Assembly: GCA_030390025.1 (NCBI GenBank)
Contig: CM059432.1
Span: 92,010,001-92,074,000 of the forward strand
DNA length: 64,000 bases
From: Squalus acanthias
Lineage: Eukaryota
Direction of reading: 5' to 3'
This document shows positions 60,752 through 64,000 of this stretch, piece after piece. The number at the start of each line of letters is the position of its first letter. The first letter of the stretch is position 1. The position numbers and the translations under genes are program-made. The notes below the pieces were generated by a model. The model was not told where the DNA came from. It saw only the letters and a program-made list of their open reading frames with translations, and did not search any database.

Positions 60752-62972
60752 CACACTGAGGACACCCTCCATCGTGTTGTGTGGCACTACCACCGTGCTA
60801 AATGGGATAGATTCAGAACAGATCTAGCAGCTCAAAACTGGGCATACATGAGGCGCTGTGGGCCATCAGCCGCAGCAGAATTGTATTCCACCACAATCCG
60901 TAACCTCATGGCCCGGCATATCCCTCACTCTACCATTACCACCAAGCCAGGGGACCAACCCTGGTTCAATAAGGAGTGTAGAAGAGCATGACAGCAGCAG
61001 CACCAGGCATATGTAAAAACGAGGTGCCAACCTGGGGAAGCTGCAACACAGGACTACATGCATGCTAAAAAGCGGAAGCAGCATGCTATAGACAGGGCTA
61101 AGTGATCCCACAATCAACGGATCAGATCAAAGCTCTGCAGTCCTGCCACATCCAGTCGTGAATGGTGGTGGACCATTAAACAACTAACGGGAGGAGGAGG
61201 CTCCATGAATGTTCCCATCCTCAATGATGGTGGAGCCCAGCACGTGAGTGCAAAAGACAAAGCTGAAGCGCTTGCAACCATCTTCAGCCAGAAGTGCCGA
61301 GTGGATGATCCATATCGGCCTCCTCATGAGGTTCCCACCATCACAAAAGTCAGTCTTCAGCCAATTCGATTCACTCAACGTGATATAAAGAAATGGCTGA
61401 GCTCACTGGATACAGCAAAGGCTGTGGGCCCGACAACATCCCAGCTGTCATGCTGAAGACTTGTGCTCCAGAACTAGCCGCGCCTCTAGCTAAGCTGTTC
61501 CAGTATAGCTACAACACTGGCATCTATCCGACAATGTGGAAAACTGCCCAGGTATATCCTGTCGACAAAATGCAGGACAAATCCAATCCGGCCAATTACC
61601 GCCCCATCAGTCTACTCTCAATCATCAGCAAAGTGATGGAAGGTATCATCGACAGTGCTATCAAGCGGCTCTTACTCACCAATAACCTGCTCACTGATAC
61701 CCAGTTTGGGTTCCGCCAGGACCACTTGGCTCCAGACCTCATTACAGCCTTGGTCCAAACATGGACAAAGGAGCTGAATTCCAGAGGTGAGGTGAGAGTG
61801 ACTGCCCTTGACATCAATGCAGCATTTGACCGAGTGTGGCATGAAGGAGCCCTAGTAAAACTGAAGTCAATGGGAATCGGGGGGAAAACTCTCCACTGGC
61901 TGAAGTCATACCTAGCACAAAGGAAGATGGTTGTGGTGGTTGGAGGTCAATCATGACAGCCCAAGGACAAAACTGCATGAATTCCTCAGGGCAGTGTTCT
62001 AGTCCCAACCATCTTCAGCTGCTTCATCAATGACCTTCCCTCCAACATAAGGTCAGAAATGGGGCTGTTCGCTGATGACTGCACAGTGTTCAGTGCCATT
62101 CGCAACTCCTCAGATAATGAAGCAGTCCATGCCCGCATGCAACAATACCTGGACAACATTTAGGCTTGGGCTGATAAGTGGCAGGTAACATTCGTGCCAC
62201 AGAAGTGCCAGGCAATGACTATCTCCAACAAGCGAGAGTCTAACCATTGTTCCTTGACATTCAACGGCATTACCATCGCCAAATCCCCCACTATCAACAT
62301 CCTGGGGGTCACCATTGACCAGAAACTTAACTGGACCAGCCACATAAATACTGTGGCAACAAGAGCAGGTCAAAGGCTAGGTATTCTGCGGCGAGTGTCT
62401 CACCTCCTGACTTCCCCAAAGCCTTTCCACCATCTACAAGGCACAAGTCAGGAGTGTGATGGAATACTCTCCACTTGCCTGGATGAGTGCAGCTCCAACA
62501 ACACTCAAGAAGCTTGACACCATGCAGGACAAAGCAGCTCGCTTGATTGGCACTCCATCCACCATCTTAAACATTCACTCCCTCCACCACCGGCGTACCG
62601 TGGCTGCAGTGTGTACCATCTACAAGATGCACAGCAGCAACTTGCCAAGGCTTCTTCGGCAGCACCTCCCAAACCCGCAACCTCTACCACCTAGAAGGAC
62701 AAGGGCAGCAGGCACATAGGAACACCACCACTTCCAAGTTCCCCTCCAAGTCACACACCATCCTGACTTGGAAGTATATCGCCGTTCCTTCATCGTTGCT
62801 GGGTCAAAATCCTGGGACCCCCCCCCATCCCTAACTGCACTGTGGGAGTATCTTCACCACACAGACTGCAGCAGTTGAAGAAGGCGACTCACCACCAGCT
62901 TCTCAAGGGCAATTAGGGATGGGCAATAAATGGTGACCTTGCCAGCGATGCCCACATCCCATGAATGAATAA
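60752..62972 (+). mobile_element. Family-B LINE, 5'-truncated, inserted in the CR1 RT
   Basis: QPWFN, NYRPISLLS, LDINAAFDRVWH, FADD and MEYSPLAW; 3' UTR ending (ATGA)n; host DVIY|FQKA rejoins. Confidence 0.92.
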
Positions 62973-63674
62973 GGTCTTCCAAAAGGCACTTTAAAAAATC
63001 CCTCATAAGTGACTATCAGCTAAAGTTGAAGCTCATGGAATTGAAGGCAAATTATTGACCTGGTTAGGTAATTAGCTGAGCAGCAAGAGACAGAGAATAG
63101 GGATAATGGGCAGGTACTGTAATTGGCCGGATGTAACTAATGGTGTCCCGCAAGGACCTGTGTTGGGGCCTCAACTATTCACAGTATTTATTCATGTCTT
63201 AGATGATGGGATAGAAAGCCACATATACAAGTTTGCCGACGACACAAAGATAGGCGGCATTGTAAACATGTAGATGGAAACATAAAATTACCAAGAGATA
63301 TTATTAGATTAAGCGAATGGGAAAAACTGTGGCAAATGGATCTCAATGTAGACAAATGTGAGGTTATCTACTTTGGTCCTAAAAAGGATAGAACAGGGTA
63401 CTTTCTAAATGGTGAAAAGCTAGAAAAAGTGGAGGTCCAAAGAGACTTAAGGTGATTGACAAATGAACCAGAGGCGACATGAGGAAAAACTTTTTTAAGC
63501 AACGAGAGATTAGGATTTGGAATGTATTGCCTGATAGGTGGTGGATACAGATTCAATGGTAGCTTTCAAAATACATGTAGAAGAAAAAATTGCATGGATA
63601 TGGGGAAAGAGCAGGGGAGTGGGACTAACTGGATTGCTCTTCGAAAGAGCCGGCGCAGACCTCATGGCCCAGCA

Positions 63675-64000
63675 TATTGGTGAGGACAAGGTCAAGTAGG
63701 TTTTTCCCCTCATGTTGGTTCTCTCACCACCTGTCACATATGTCCTTCAGATCTCAGCCAGCAGTGGTGCTACCAAGCCACTCTTGGACATTGAAATCAT
63801 TCTGTGCCCTTGCTACCCTCAGTGCTTCTTCCAAGTGGTGTTTAATATGGAGGAGTACTAATTCAGTCACTGGTTTCCTTGCCCATGCTTGACCATGCTC
63901 ATGGGGTCCAGAGACAATGTTGAGGACTCCCAGGGCCACTCCTGACTGTATACCACTGTACCACCACCCCTGGTGGGTTTGCCCTGCCGGTGGGACAGGA
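63675..64000 (-). mobile_element. Family-B-like LINE endonuclease fragment, running off the window end
   Basis: TRGGGTVVY, ALGVLNI, DFNV.EWLGS, LDLVLT. Confidence 0.7.

Larger units (their letters stand above)
56230..63672 (+). mobile_element. Full-length decayed CR1 (zinc-finger plus esterase ORF1, then ORF2) hosting two MITEs and a family-B LINE
   Basis: CLDCSMWEF...VCSRCL zinc finger ~56249-56325; ORF 56418-57173 esterase ending RTLN*; NARS, ITET, GDFN, SDH, NYRPVS, KFADD. Confidence 0.88.

Overview
Eukaryotic, repeat-saturated vertebrate DNA; no bacterial or phage features. It is most likely from a shark or other cartilaginous fish, inferred from an HE1-like V-SINE, a SacSINE1-like DeuSINE and abundant CR1/HER1-type LINEs. 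Most of the window is nested, mostly decayed transposons: several CR1 families (three copies keep ORF1 esterase sequence), a second CR1/L2-group LINE family ('B'), L2, RTE and Tx1 fragments, three tRNA-derived SINE families each sharing a 3' tail with a LINE in the window, a 1.48-kb TG...CA solo-LTR-like insert, at least five transposase-bearing PIF/Harbinger copies and several Harbinger-type MITEs. No intact host protein-coding gene can be identified. Best leads: (1) a T TTA AAC slippery heptamer directly before the ORF1 stop in three CR1 copies, suggesting -1 ribosomal frameshifting into ORF2, with one copy fused in frame by a G12 run; (2) a unique-looking island at about 31.1-35.7 kb with a ~125-bp diverged inverted repeat flanking a CTCF-like motif, plus candidate minus-strand exons; (3) MITEs carrying several consensus splice sites. 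Family names come from recalled motifs and were not checked against databases; most boundaries are approximate to a few bp.
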